Positions 45,176 to 55,100 of a stretch of 64,000 bases of DNA are shown here, one piece after another. Positions within the stretch are counted from its first letter, which is position 1; every line of letters begins with the position of its first letter. The notes below the pieces were generated by a model. The model saw only the letters and a program-made list of their open reading frames with translations, did not search any database and was not told where the DNA came from. The DNA is taken from the NCBI GenBank assembly GCA_027013145.1, contig JALUXX010000016.1:254183-318182 (forward strand). Reading direction: 5' to 3'. Both the position numbers and the translations under genes were made by a program. Source of the stretch: Gammaproteobacteria bacterium (GTDB lineage: Bacteria > Pseudomonadota > Gammaproteobacteria > 21-64-14).

Positions 45176-47560
45176 ATGACGGAAACGGACACCGCATCCG
45201 GGCCGCTGGCCCCGGACGAGCTGCGCAGGATGGACGACTACTGGCGCGCGAGCCTGTACCTGTGCGCCGCGATGCTGTATCTCAAGGACAACCCGCTGCT
45301 GCGCGAACCGTTGCGCATCGAACATATCAAGAAGCGCCTGCTCGGGCACTGGGGTTCGGACCCGGCGCAGACCTTCGTGTGGGTCCATTTGAACCGCGTC
45401 ATCCGGCGCGACGATCTGAACGTCATCTTCGTCTCGGGTCCGGGCCACGGCGCGCCGTCGATGCTCTCCCATGCCTATCTCGAGGGGACCTATGCGGAAT
45501 GCTACCCGGATCGCGGCGGTGACGTGGAGGGTCTGCGCCGCTTCCTCAAACAGTTCTCCTTCCCTGGGGGGATCGGCAGCCACTGCACGCCGGAGACGCC
45601 GGGCTCGATCCACGAGGGCGGCGAACTCGGTTACAGCCTCTCGCACGCCTTCGGGGCGGCCTTCGACCACCCCGACCTGATCGTCGCCACCGTGATCGGC
45701 GACGGCGAGGCCGAGACCGGCCCGCTGGCCACCTCCTGGCACTCCAACAAATTCCTCAACCCGGCGCGCGACGGCGCGGTGTTGCCGATCCTGAACCTCA
45801 ACGGCTACAAGATCGCCAACCCAACCCTCCTCGCGCGCATTCCGCACGAGCAGCTCGAGAGCCTGTTCCGCGGCTACGGCTACAGGCCGTTCTTCGTGGA
45901 GGGGGACGATCCGGCGGCGGTGCACCAGCGCATGGCCGCCGTGATGGACACGGTCGTCGCCGAGATCCGCGCGATCCAGGAACAGGCGCGCGGCCCCGGC
46001 CTGGAGGGCGTGCCGGAGTGGCCGATGATCGTGCTGCGCACCCCCAAGGGCTGGACCTGCCCGAAGGAGATCGACGGCCACCGGCTCGAGGGGTTCTGGC
46101 GCGCGCACCAGGTGCCCTTCGACGTCCACGACGACCCGGCCCATCTGGCATTGCTCGAGCGCTGGCTGCGCGGCTACGAGCCGGAACGCCTGTTCGACGA
46201 CGACGGACAACTCATCCCGGAGCTGCGTGCGTTGGCGCCCGAAGGGGCGCGGCGCATGAGCGCCAATCCCGTGACCAACGGGGGGCTCGTGCGCAAGGCC
46301 CTGCGCCTGCCGGACTTCCGCGACTACGCGGTCGAGGTGGTGCAGCCCGGTCGCTCCGAGGTGGAGAACACCCGCATCCTCGGGCGCTTCCTGCGCGATA
46401 CGATGCGCCGGAACCCGAACAACTTCCGTGTGTTCGGTCCCGACGAGACGGCGTCGAACCGCCTCGACGACCTCTACGAGGTCTCGGGCAAGACCTGGAT
46501 GGAGCCGATCCTCCCCGAGGACGCCGACGGCGGGCACCTGTCGCGCGACGGGCGCGTGATGGAGATGCTCAGCGAGCACACGCTGGAGGGCTGGCTGGAG
46601 GGCTATCTGCTGACCGGACGCCACGGCTTCCTCTCCTCCTACGAGGCCTTCATCCACGTCATCGACTCGATGTTCAACCAGCACGCCAAATGGCTGGAGA
46701 AGTCTCTCGACGTGCCCTGGCGCACGCGCATCTCCTCGCTCAATCTGCTGGTTACCTCGACCGTCTGGCGCCAGGACCACAACGGCTTCTCGCACCAGGA
46801 TCCGGGTTTCCTGGACTTGGTGACCAACAAGAGCCACCGCGTGACGCGCATCTATCTCCCGCCCGACGCGAACTGCCTGCTGTCGGTGGCCGACCACTGC
46901 CTGCGCAGCACCAACTACGTCAACGTCATCGTCTCCGACAAGCAGCGTCACCTCCAGTACCTGCGCATGGACGAAGCCATCGAGCACTGCACCAAGGGCA
47001 TCGGCATCTGGGACTGGGCCAGCAACGACGGCGGCGCCGAGCCCGACGTCGTCATGGCCTGCGCGGGCGACGTGCCGACCATGGAGTCGCTCGCGGCCAC
47101 CGCGCTGCTGCGCGAGCACTTCCCCGACCTCAAGGTTCGCTTCGTCAACGTCGTGGACCTGTTCCGCCTGCTGCCCACGAGCGAGCACGAACACGGCCTG
47201 TCGGACCGCGACTTCGACAGTCTGTTCACGCGCGACCGCCCGATCGTGTTCAACTTCCACGGCTATCCGTATCTGATCCACAAGCTCGCCTACCGCCGCA
47301 CCAATTCGCGCAACCTGCACGTGCGCGGCTACAAGGAGTACGGCAACATCAATACGCCCATGGAGCTGGCGATCCGCAATCAGATCGACCGCTTCGACCT
47401 GGTGATCGACGTCATCGACCGGGTGCCCCGCCTGCAGGTCGCGGGCGCCCACGTCAAGGAGCGGATGAAGAACGCGATCATCGCGAGCCTGCACTTCGCC
47501 GCGCAGGAGGGCTACGATGCGCCGGAGTTCACCGAGTGGAAGTGGCCGTATGAGCGCTAG
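45176..47560 (+). CDS. xfp: Phosphoketolase (xylulose-5-P / fructose-6-P)
   Basis: ATG 45176 follows GAGGAG. Has DDYWRA..YL......L.DNPLL, GHWG, GPGHG, EGGELGY and GDGEAETGP motifs. 794 aa. Confidence 0.9.
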   Translation: MTETDTASGPLAPDELRRMDDYWRASLYLCAAMLYLKDNPLLREPLRIEHIKKRLLGHWGSDPAQTFVWVHLNRVIRRDDLNVIFVSGPGHGAPSMLSHAYLEGTYAECYPDRGGDVEGLRRFLKQFSFPGGIGSHCTPETPGSIHEGGELGYSLSHAFGAAFDHPDLIVATVIGDGEAETGPLATSWHSNKFLNPARDGAVLPILNLNGYKIANPTLLARIPHEQLESLFRGYGYRPFFVEGDDPAAVHQRMAAVMDTVVAEIRAIQEQARGPGLEGVPEWPMIVLRTPKGWTCPKEIDGHRLEGFWRAHQVPFDVHDDPAHLALLERWLRGYEPERLFDDDGQLIPELRALAPEGARRMSANPVTNGGLVRKALRLPDFRDYAVEVVQPGRSEVENTRILGRFLRDTMRRNPNNFRVFGPDETASNRLDDLYEVSGKTWMEPILPEDADGGHLSRDGRVMEMLSEHTLEGWLEGYLLTGRHGFLSSYEAFIHVIDSMFNQHAKWLEKSLDVPWRTRISSLNLLVTSTVWRQDHNGFSHQDPGFLDLVTNKSHRVTRIYLPPDANCLLSVADHCLRSTNYVNVIVSDKQRHLQYLRMDEAIEHCTKGIGIWDWASNDGGAEPDVVMACAGDVPTMESLAATALLREHFPDLKVRFVNVVDLFRLLPTSEHEHGLSDRDFDSLFTRDRPIVFNFHGYPYLIHKLAYRRTNSRNLHVRGYKEYGNINTPMELAIRNQIDRFDLVIDVIDRVPRLQVAGAHVKERMKNAIIASLHFAAQEGYDAPEFTEWKWPYER

Positions 47561-47605
47561 CGGCGCGGCGCGCCGGGGGCGCGGCGGACAGAGGGGGGCG
47601 GTCGG

Positions 47606-50122
47606 ATGGCGATGACCCGTTATGCGGCGCGTGCGCTGCCGCAGACCCTGCAGGGTCTGGCGACGCTGGCCTCGGACCTGCTGTGGAGCTGGCACCATGC
47701 GGGCGACGAACTCTGGCGCCGGGTCGACCCCGGTCTCTGGGAGGCCACGCGCAACCCGTGGCTGATCCTGGAGACCGTGTCGGAACGCAGGCTCTCGGAA
47801 CTGGCGGGCGACCCGGATTTCCTGGAGATTCTGAACGCGCAGCTCGCCGCCCGCGAGGACCACCTCGGCGCCGCGACGTGGTTCGAAGGCGTGCGCCCGC
47901 AGGGATTCGACGGGGCGGTGGCCTATTTCAGCATGGAGTTCGGGCTGAGCGAGTCGCTTCCCATTTATTCGGGCGGCCTCGGTGTGCTCGCCGGCGACCA
48001 TCTCAAGACCGCCTGCGACCTCGGAGTCCCTGTGTTCGGGATCGGACTGTTGTATCAACAGGGCTACTTCCGCCAGGCCCTGGACCCCGACGGCGACCAG
48101 CTCGAGTTCTTCCCCTACAACGATCCGACGATGATGCCGGTGGTGCCGCTGCGCGACGCGGACGGGGAGTGGGTGCGGGTCCGCGTCGAGCTGCCGGGGC
48201 GCACGCTGTGGTTGCGTGCCTGGCAGGTGATGGTCGGGCGCCGCCGGCTCTATCTCCTCGACAGCAACGACCCGAGGAACACCCCCGGCGACCGGGGCAT
48301 TACGAGCGCGCTCTACGGCGGCGGCAGCGAGCTGCGCCTGCAGCAGGAGATCGTCCTCGGGATCGGCGGCTGGCGGCTGGTGGACACCCTCGGGCTCGAC
48401 TGCCCGGTGTGCCACCTGAACGAGGGACACGCGGCCTTCGCCATCCTCGAGCGCGCGCGTGCGTTCGTCGAGCGCAACCCCGGACTCGACTTCGAGGTGG
48501 CGTTGTTTTGTACGCGCGGCGGGAACCTGTTCACCACTCATACACCGGTCGCGGCGGGCTTCGACCGCTTCGACCCGGGGCTGTTCGCGCGCTACTTCCG
48601 TGACTACGCCGCGGCCCTCGGGACCGACCTCGACGCGGTGCTGGCGCTGGGGCGGGCCGATCCGGGCGACCGCGCCGAGCCGTTCAACATGGCTTACCTG
48701 GCGGTGCGGGGGAGCGCCGCGGTCAACGCCGTGAGTCGCCTGCACGGGGCGGTGAGCCGGCGCATCTTCGAGCCGCTGTTTCCGCGCCGACCGCTGGTCG
48801 AGGTGCCCGTCGGCCACGTCACCAACGGGGTGCATGTCCCCTCCTGGGACTCGGCGGCGGCGGACGATCTGTGGACGCGCGCGTGCGGGAAGGGGCGCTG
48901 GCTGGGCGCCCTGGAGACGCTGGAATCGGACCTGCGGGCGGTGCCCGACGAGGACCTGTGGGCGTTCCGGGGGGCGGCGCGCCGCCGGCTCGTCGAACGC
49001 CTGCGCCTGCGCGTGGCCGCCCAGCGCGGTCTCGAAGGGGCGGGCGGCGCGGCGGTACGCGCGTGCGCGGAGCTGTTCGATCCCGACGCGCTGACGCTCG
49101 GTTTCGCGCGGCGGTTCGCCACCTACAAGCGCCCCAACCTGCTGCTCAAGGATCCCGAGCGCCTGGCGCGGCTGCTCGGGCGCCGCGACCGGCCGGTGCA
49201 GCTCGTCATCGCCGGCAAGGCGCACCCGCGGGACGCGGAGGGCAAGGCGATGATCCGCGAGTGGGCGGCGTTCGTGCGTCGCCCGGACGTGCAGGGCCGC
49301 GTGGTCTTCGTGAGCGACTACGACCTCGCGCTGGCCGAGGAGCTGGTGCAGGGGGTGGACGTATGGATCAACACGCCGCGCCGCCCCTGGGAGGCGAGCG
49401 GCACGAGCGGCATGAAGGTGCTGGTCAACGGCGGGCTGAACCTCTCCGAACTCGACGGCTGGTGGGCGGAGGCGTACGCCCCGGAGGTCGGTTGGGCGCT
49501 CGGCGACGGGCGCGAGCACGACGACGATCCGGCCTGGGACTGGGAGGAGTGTCGCGCCCTCTACCGCATCCTGGAGGAGGAGGTCGTCCCCGCTTTCTAC
49601 GAGCGCGACGCGCATGGCGTCCCCCGCGCCTGGGTGGCGCGGGTGCGCGAGAGCATGGCGCGCCTCACGCCGCAGTTCTCGACCAACCGCATGCTGCGCG
49701 AATACACGGAGACCTATTATTTGCCGCTGATCCGCCGTTGCCGCCGTCGCGCCGCGGACGGGGGCGCGGTCGGCCGCGCCCTGGCACAGTGGCGTGTGAG
49801 TGTTGCGCGGCACTGGCCGGCGCTGCGCTTCGGCAACGTCGCGGTGGAGACGGGCGGGGACGGGCACCGCTTCGCCGTGCAGGTCTACCTCGACGAACTC
49901 GACCCCGACGCCGTCCGCGTGGAACTCTATGCCGACGGCGAGCCGCCCGTGGTGCGCGTCCTGGCGCGCGGAGAGGCGCTCGCGGGCGCGGCCAACGCCT
50001 ATGTGTTCACCGGCACCGCACCGGCGGACCGCGAAGCCGCCGACTATACGCCGCGGCTGGTGCCGTATCACCCCGAGGCGGTCCTGCCGCTGGAGGCCCC
50101 GGCGGTCCTCTGGGCGCGCTGA
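47606..50122 (+). CDS. glgP: Alpha-glucan phosphorylase (GT35, DUF3417-containing bacterial type)
   Basis: 838 aa. Has LA.DL.WSW, AYFSMEFGL...LPIYSGGLGVLAGDHLK and EASGTSGMK (PLP Lys context). Confidence 0.9.
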   Translation: MAMTRYAARALPQTLQGLATLASDLLWSWHHAGDELWRRVDPGLWEATRNPWLILETVSERRLSELAGDPDFLEILNAQLAAREDHLGAATWFEGVRPQGFDGAVAYFSMEFGLSESLPIYSGGLGVLAGDHLKTACDLGVPVFGIGLLYQQGYFRQALDPDGDQLEFFPYNDPTMMPVVPLRDADGEWVRVRVELPGRTLWLRAWQVMVGRRRLYLLDSNDPRNTPGDRGITSALYGGGSELRLQQEIVLGIGGWRLVDTLGLDCPVCHLNEGHAAFAILERARAFVERNPGLDFEVALFCTRGGNLFTTHTPVAAGFDRFDPGLFARYFRDYAAALGTDLDAVLALGRADPGDRAEPFNMAYLAVRGSAAVNAVSRLHGAVSRRIFEPLFPRRPLVEVPVGHVTNGVHVPSWDSAAADDLWTRACGKGRWLGALETLESDLRAVPDEDLWAFRGAARRRLVERLRLRVAAQRGLEGAGGAAVRACAELFDPDALTLGFARRFATYKRPNLLLKDPERLARLLGRRDRPVQLVIAGKAHPRDAEGKAMIREWAAFVRRPDVQGRVVFVSDYDLALAEELVQGVDVWINTPRRPWEASGTSGMKVLVNGGLNLSELDGWWAEAYAPEVGWALGDGREHDDDPAWDWEECRALYRILEEEVVPAFYERDAHGVPRAWVARVRESMARLTPQFSTNRMLREYTETYYLPLIRRCRRRAADGGAVGRALAQWRVSVARHWPALRFGNVAVETGGDGHRFAVQVYLDELDPDAVRVELYADGEPPVVRVLARGEALAGAANAYVFTGTAPADREAADYTPRLVPYHPEAVLPLEAPAVLWAR

Positions 50123-50164
50123 ACGGCCCACCCGGCGCGCGGGGGTCCGTAACCCCCTTGTGCT

Positions 50165-50935
50165 ATGCTTGCCGACACGGCGGGATGCGGGTCCTTTGCG
50201 TGCGGAGGCGGCGTGGCGGGGCGGATCGAGCGCGATTGTCTGGCGGGGGCGGAACGGCTGGCGGACTCCCCGCTGGTGCGCGGCCTGTCGGCACCGGCGG
50301 TGGAGGCGATGGCGCGTGCCCAACGCGTCGAGCACGCCGCCGCGGGTACGGTCCTGCTGCAAGGCGAGGATACCGCGGCGCGTTTCCACGTCGTGCTCGA
50401 AGGGCGCGTCAAGCTCGTGCGCCATCATGCGGGCAACGGCCGGGAGCTGACGCTGTTCCTGCTCGGTCCCGGGGACGGATTCGACATCGTCGGCCTGCTC
50501 GACGGGCGCCCGCACGACATCACCGCGTTGGCACTCGATCCGGTGAGCCTGTGCAGCGCGCCGGCGGCCCTGTGGCGGCGCTGGCTCGATGAGAACCCGC
50601 TGCTGCGCCACGCCATGCTGCACTACGTCGCACGCCAGTTCCGTCATCTCGACACCCTCGCCGGCGAGCTGGCGATGGACGACACCATGACGCGCCTGGC
50701 CCACCTGCTGCTGCGCCACTTCGACGAGGAAGAGGCTCGCGGCGCCCCCAATCTCATTCGCGACCTGCCGCACGAGGAACTCGCCCACCTCATCGGCAGT
50801 GTCCGGGTGGTCATCACGCGCCTGCTGGGCCGCCTGCGCAACGCCGGCATCGTGCGCACCGTCGGCGGCCACCTCCACGTCCCGGAGTTGCACCGCCTGC
50901 TGGATCTGGCGGAACGGCATCTGGGCGGGCGTTGA
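50165..50935 (+). CDS. Crp/Fnr-family transcriptional regulator
   Basis: 256 aa. Has a cNMP-binding-like beta-barrel (G..L..QGE......VLEGRVKL) and a C-terminal HTH (HEELAHLIGSVRVVITRLLGRLRNAGIV). No N-terminal FNR Cys cluster pattern is obvious beyond CGSFAC. Confidence 0.8.
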   Translation: MLADTAGCGSFACGGGVAGRIERDCLAGAERLADSPLVRGLSAPAVEAMARAQRVEHAAAGTVLLQGEDTAARFHVVLEGRVKLVRHHAGNGRELTLFLLGPGDGFDIVGLLDGRPHDITALALDPVSLCSAPAALWRRWLDENPLLRHAMLHYVARQFRHLDTLAGELAMDDTMTRLAHLLLRHFDEEEARGAPNLIRDLPHEELAHLIGSVRVVITRLLGRLRNAGIVRTVGGHLHVPELHRLLDLAERHLGGR

Positions 50936-51083
50936 TCGCCGCGCCGCGGCGGGGATGCGCGGGGGGACGACAGAGACCTTACCGCGCGTCTTCCTGATCC
51001 AGGTCATGGTCGGCGGCGGGCGCCCGCGGTCGAATGATCACAACGGTGCCGGGGCGAAACCCGGTCCGCTGGGGGTCTGCCGC

Positions 51084-51455
51084 ATGCCGCGCCGCCGCCG
51101 CAATCTCGTTCCGCTCCTCGTCGGGTTGTGGTCACTGGCGACGATCCTGGCGGCGGCCTCGCCGCTGTGCGCGGGCCCGGGTCACCTGCGCGCGGTGATG
51201 TCCGCGGCCGCGGCCGCGGGCCACCCGCACGGCGATGAGGCCGGACACTGTTGCGCACGGCTCCCGGACCTGCGGGCCTTCGTGCCGGTGTGCGCGAGTG
51301 CGCGCGCCGCCGCGTCACCGGCACACGCGACGCATCCCGCGGCCCGTGCCCTGGGGGGTGTCCCGTCGTCCCCGCCGCCGCGGATGCCGCCGACGCTTCG
51401 GCGCGGCGGCGCGCCCCCGCCGGTCTATCTCCTCACCCTGCGCCTGCGCGAGTAG
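51084..51455 (+). CDS. Small exported His/Cys-containing protein (possibly DUF2946-like)
   Basis: ATG 51084 lies inside the 218-aa track ORF. Has the signal peptide LVPLLVGLWSLATILAAASPLCA, HPHGDEAGHCC, and a Pro-rich tail ...RRGGAPPP. G/C third-position bias is present. The family call is tentative. Confidence 0.4.
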   Translation: MPRRRRNLVPLLVGLWSLATILAAASPLCAGPGHLRAVMSAAAAAGHPHGDEAGHCCARLPDLRAFVPVCASARAAASPAHATHPAARALGGVPSSPPPRMPPTLRRGGAPPPVYLLTLRLRE

Positions 51456-51609
51456 CGCCGGGTCCGGGACGGGTGCGGCACCGACCGGTGCGGCCCGCCC
51501 ATTCCCGGATGCATGCGTACCACGCGGCCGCGTGGTCGGTCGGGCAGGTTCGAGGACGGCCTGGAGACGGATCCAGGTCCTCCGCGACAGGATCGGGAGG
51601 TGGACTTCC

Positions 51610-52014
51610 ATGAAGGTGAACGAACTGGCACGCACCGTCGGCGTCGAGCCGCACGTCGTGCGCTACTACACGCGCATCGGGCTGCTGAAACCGTCGCGGG
51701 ATCCCGCGAACAACTACAAACGTTTCGGACATGCGGACGCCGAGCGGCTCCGATTCATCCGCCGCGCACGGCGCCTGGGCCTGAACCTGCACGACGTCGA
51801 ACATCTGCTGTGGCGCACCGACCGCTGCTGCGAGGGCCTGCAGCAGCGGCTGATCGAGCGGCTCGACGAGAACCGGCGGCACATCGCCGAGCTGCGCGCG
51901 CAGCAGCGGCGCATGGAGGGGGTCCTCCGCCGCTGGCGGGCCTGTGATGGCTGCCCCGGCGGCTGCGGGGTTACCTGCCCGCACGTGCGGGCGGCCCTCG
52001 ACGCGGAGGAATAA
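51610..52014 (+). CDS. MerR-family regulator of the heavy-metal-sensing type, Cys-rich
   Basis: ATG 51610 follows GGGAGG. Has the HTH MKVNELARTVGVEPHVVRYYTRIGLL. Cys73-Cys74 sit at the start of the dimerisation helix. The C-terminal loop is ACDGCPGGCGVTCPH. Confidence 0.8.
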   Translation: MKVNELARTVGVEPHVVRYYTRIGLLKPSRDPANNYKRFGHADAERLRFIRRARRLGLNLHDVEHLLWRTDRCCEGLQQRLIERLDENRRHIAELRAQQRRMEGVLRRWRACDGCPGGCGVTCPHVRAALDAEE

Positions 52015-52051
52015 AGGTCCGGTTTCCCGCCTGCGGCGGACGATTTCGCGA

Positions 52052-52080
52052 GGACCGGCGGCGACCGGGGCCGCCGGTCC
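52052..52080 (+). promoter_or_regulatory. Strong GC hairpin (10-bp perfect stem) between the merR-type gene and the signalling gene
   Basis: ggaccggcgg (52052-52061), a 9-nt loop, then ccgccggtcc (52071-52080). There is no T-tract. It is followed by catatact (-10-like). Could be a terminator-like structure or an operator. Confidence 0.3.
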
Positions 52081-52128
52081 GCATATACTGGTAGGACCCG
52101 CCCCAGGCGGCCGAGCGCGTGTGAGCCG

Positions 52129-55100
52129 ATGACCGCAGATGACCGCCCGACGCGATTGCCGGACGATTCCGGCGGGTCCGGTGGCCCGGAAGCCGGGGCG
52201 GCGCGCGTTTTGTGGCGCCTTCGTCCGCTGCTCTCCGGGATCGATTCCGAGCCGGAGCTGTTGCAGGGAGTGCTCGATCGGCTCACGGCCGAGCCGGGCG
52301 TCGACGGTGCGTGGGTCGGGCGTCCGGACCGGGCCGGGCGCTTCCGCGTCCGTGCCTGGACGGGGGAGGGGATGCGCGACTACCTCGACCGCGCCGAGAT
52401 CCGCAGCGACGCCGGACGGCTGGCGGACGGCCCGAGCGGCAGGAGCTGGCGCCGGGGGGAGACGATCGTCGTCCCCGACTGGGAGCGCGACCCGCACATG
52501 GATCCGTGGCGTGCCCTCGGCTTCGGCTGGCGCGCCTCGGCGACGTTTCCCCTTTCGGGAAGCCGCGAACCGCTCGGCCTGATCTCGCTCTACAGCCGCA
52601 CCCGCGGGCGGTTCGCCGGTTGGGAGCCGCTGCTGTCGTGGATCGGGTGGGCCGTGGGCGCGCGACTCGAGCGCATGGAGACCGACGGCGCGCAGGACGC
52701 CTACGCGCGCCTCCTCGACGCCCTGGTCAGCATTCAGGAGCGGCACCTGCACGAACTGGACGAGGCGGCGCTGGCCGCGCGCGTGGTTGACGTCCTGTAC
52801 GATACGGGGCTGTTTCCAATCGTCTGGTTCGGGCGACGCCGTGTTGATGGTACGCCCGACCTGCTCGCCGCGCGCGGTCTTGACCGCAAGACCATTGAGG
52901 AGTTCATGAAGGTCCTCGTGCGCGCCCGCGAGGCGCGCGTGCCGCTGCTGGTCGACCGGGTACTCCGAGAAGGCCGCGCGATCTGGACGGACGACTACGC
53001 GGCCGAACCCCTGCTGGATCAGCCGGAGGCCGCCGAGTGGGCGGAGCATGTGCGCCGCAGCGATCTGCGGCAGGTGGCTGTGGCGCCGGTGTCCGTGGGC
53101 GAAAAGGTGGCGGGGGCGCTGACTGTCGCGGCGCGTGGGGAACTCGATGTGCCGCGCCTGCTGCCGCTCCTCGAGCGCGGCGGCCAGATCCTCGGCGTCG
53201 CGCTCGAGCGCGCCCGGCGTGAGGCGCGACTGGTGGCGAGCCTCGGGCAGGTCGAACTGCAGGCGCGCGCGATCGCGGCCGCGGGCCAGGGGATCCTTAT
53301 CAGCGACGCGCGCGCGCCCGATCATCCCGTCCTCTACGCCAACCCGGCGTTCACGCGCATCACCGGCTATCCCGCAGCAGAGGTCATCGGGCGCAACTGC
53401 CGCTTCCTGCAGGGCCCCGACACGGACGTGCAGGCCCGGCTCATGATGCGCGCCGCCCTCGCGGCCGGCCGCCCGGTCACGGTGACGTTGCTCAACTACC
53501 GCAAGGACGGCACGCCGTTCTGGAACGAGGTCTCGCTCGCGCCGGTGCGCGCGGAGGACGGCACGCTCACGCACTATATCGGTCTGCAGAGCGATGTCAG
53601 CGCCAGACTGCGCGAACAGGAGTACCAGCGCCTGACCGGGCGGGTGTTCGAGAACGCCCAGGAGGGGATCATCATCACCGACGCGCAGCGGCGCATCCTG
53701 CAGGTGAATCCGGCGTTCACGCGCATCAGCGGCTACAGCGCCGAGGACGTCATCGGCAGGACCCCGTCGCTGCTGCGCTCCGGCCGTCACGGCGCCGGCT
53801 TCTACCGGCGCATGTGGCGTGCGCTGGAGGAGGAGGGGCACTGGCAGGGCGAGATCTGGAACCGGCGCAAGGACGGGCGGATCTACCCGGAGTTGTTGAG
53901 CGTGAGTGCGGTGCGCGATGCGGGCGGCAGGCTGACCCACTACGTGGGCATCTTCACCGACATCACCGAGGCGAAGGCGCGCGAAGACGAGCTGCACCGC
54001 GCCGCCTACCACGACTTCCTCACCGGGCTTCCCAACCGCTATGCCCTCGACCAGCAGCTCGAGGCGGCGTTGCCGCGCGCATTGCGCCATGAGCGGCTCC
54101 TGGCGATCGGCCTGCTCGATCTCGACGGCTTCAAGGCGGTGAACGACACGCACGGGCATCCCGCCGGCGACGAGCTGCTGCGCGTGCTCGCGGGCCGGCT
54201 GCGGGAGGCGTTGCGCGCCTCGGATTTCATCGCGCGGCTGAGCGGGGACGAGTTCGTCCTGATGATGGAGGACCTCACCCACTGGGGCGACCTCGAGCCG
54301 TTGCTCGAGCGTATCCACAAGGCGGTCGCCACCCCCTTCGTGCTCGGCGAGATGGAGGTCCGCATCGGCGCCTGTCTGGGGCTGACGATCTTCCCCCTCG
54401 ACGAAGCCAAGCCGCGCGAGCTGCTACGCCATATCGATCTCGCCCTCTACGAGAGCAAGCGCGGCCGCAGCGCGGACGAGCCCTACTACCGGCTCTACCG
54501 GCCGGATCAGGCGGACGGCGAGGGCCCGGCGGCGGTGGCCGCGCGCGCCAGGCTGCGCGCCCTGATGCAGCGCAGCCTGGAGGTCGAATACCAGCCGATC
54601 GTCAGCCTCGCGGGCGGTCCGGTCGGGCGGGTCGAGGCGTTGGCGCGCATGCGCGAGGCGGGTCGGGTGCTGAGCCCGGAGGATTTCCTGCCCTACTTCT
54701 CCCCCGACGATCGGCGCCGGCTGAGCCTGATGGTGCTGGACCGCGCGCTCGCCCAGCTCTGCGAGTGGGACCGCTGCGGTCTGCGGCTCTCGGTGTCCGT
54801 GAACTTCGAGCCCTGGGACCTGCTGGCGCCGGAGATCGTCGAGGAGGTCGGCCGGCGGATCGAGGCCTACGGCGTGGAACCGGGGCGCGTGACGCTCGAA
54901 CTGCTGGAGAGCAGCGACCTGCTGATCGACGAGGTCGCGCGCCGCCGGCTGGGCGAACTGCGGGCGCGCGGCGTGCGTCTCGCCCTGGACGATCTCGGCA
55001 GCGCCTACGCCAGTCTCGAGCGCCTGCGCAGCCTGCCGGTCGACCTCGTCAAGGTCGACCGCGATTTCTGCATCGGCCTCGAACGGCGCCCGCGCGACCT

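Noticed and set aside
50141-50160. Terminator after glgP (gggggt-ccgta-accccc-ttg). Similar weak hairpins follow fur (62027-62060) and the signalling gene (55660-55690).
   Set aside because: The stems are only 6-8 bp and have no U-tract. They are not distinguishable from chance GC-rich palindromes.
44741-51007. 2088-aa ORF on the minus strand, the longest in the track
   Set aside because: It runs antisense to xfp, glgP and the Crp/Fnr gene, all of which have unmistakable family motifs. Its translation is Arg/Ala/Gly/Pro-rich low complexity with no domain. Stop-free antisense frames are expected at this GC content.
51433-54318. 961-aa minus-strand ORF
   Set aside because: Antisense to the merR-type gene and the LOV-GGDEF-EAL gene. 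No recognisable domain.
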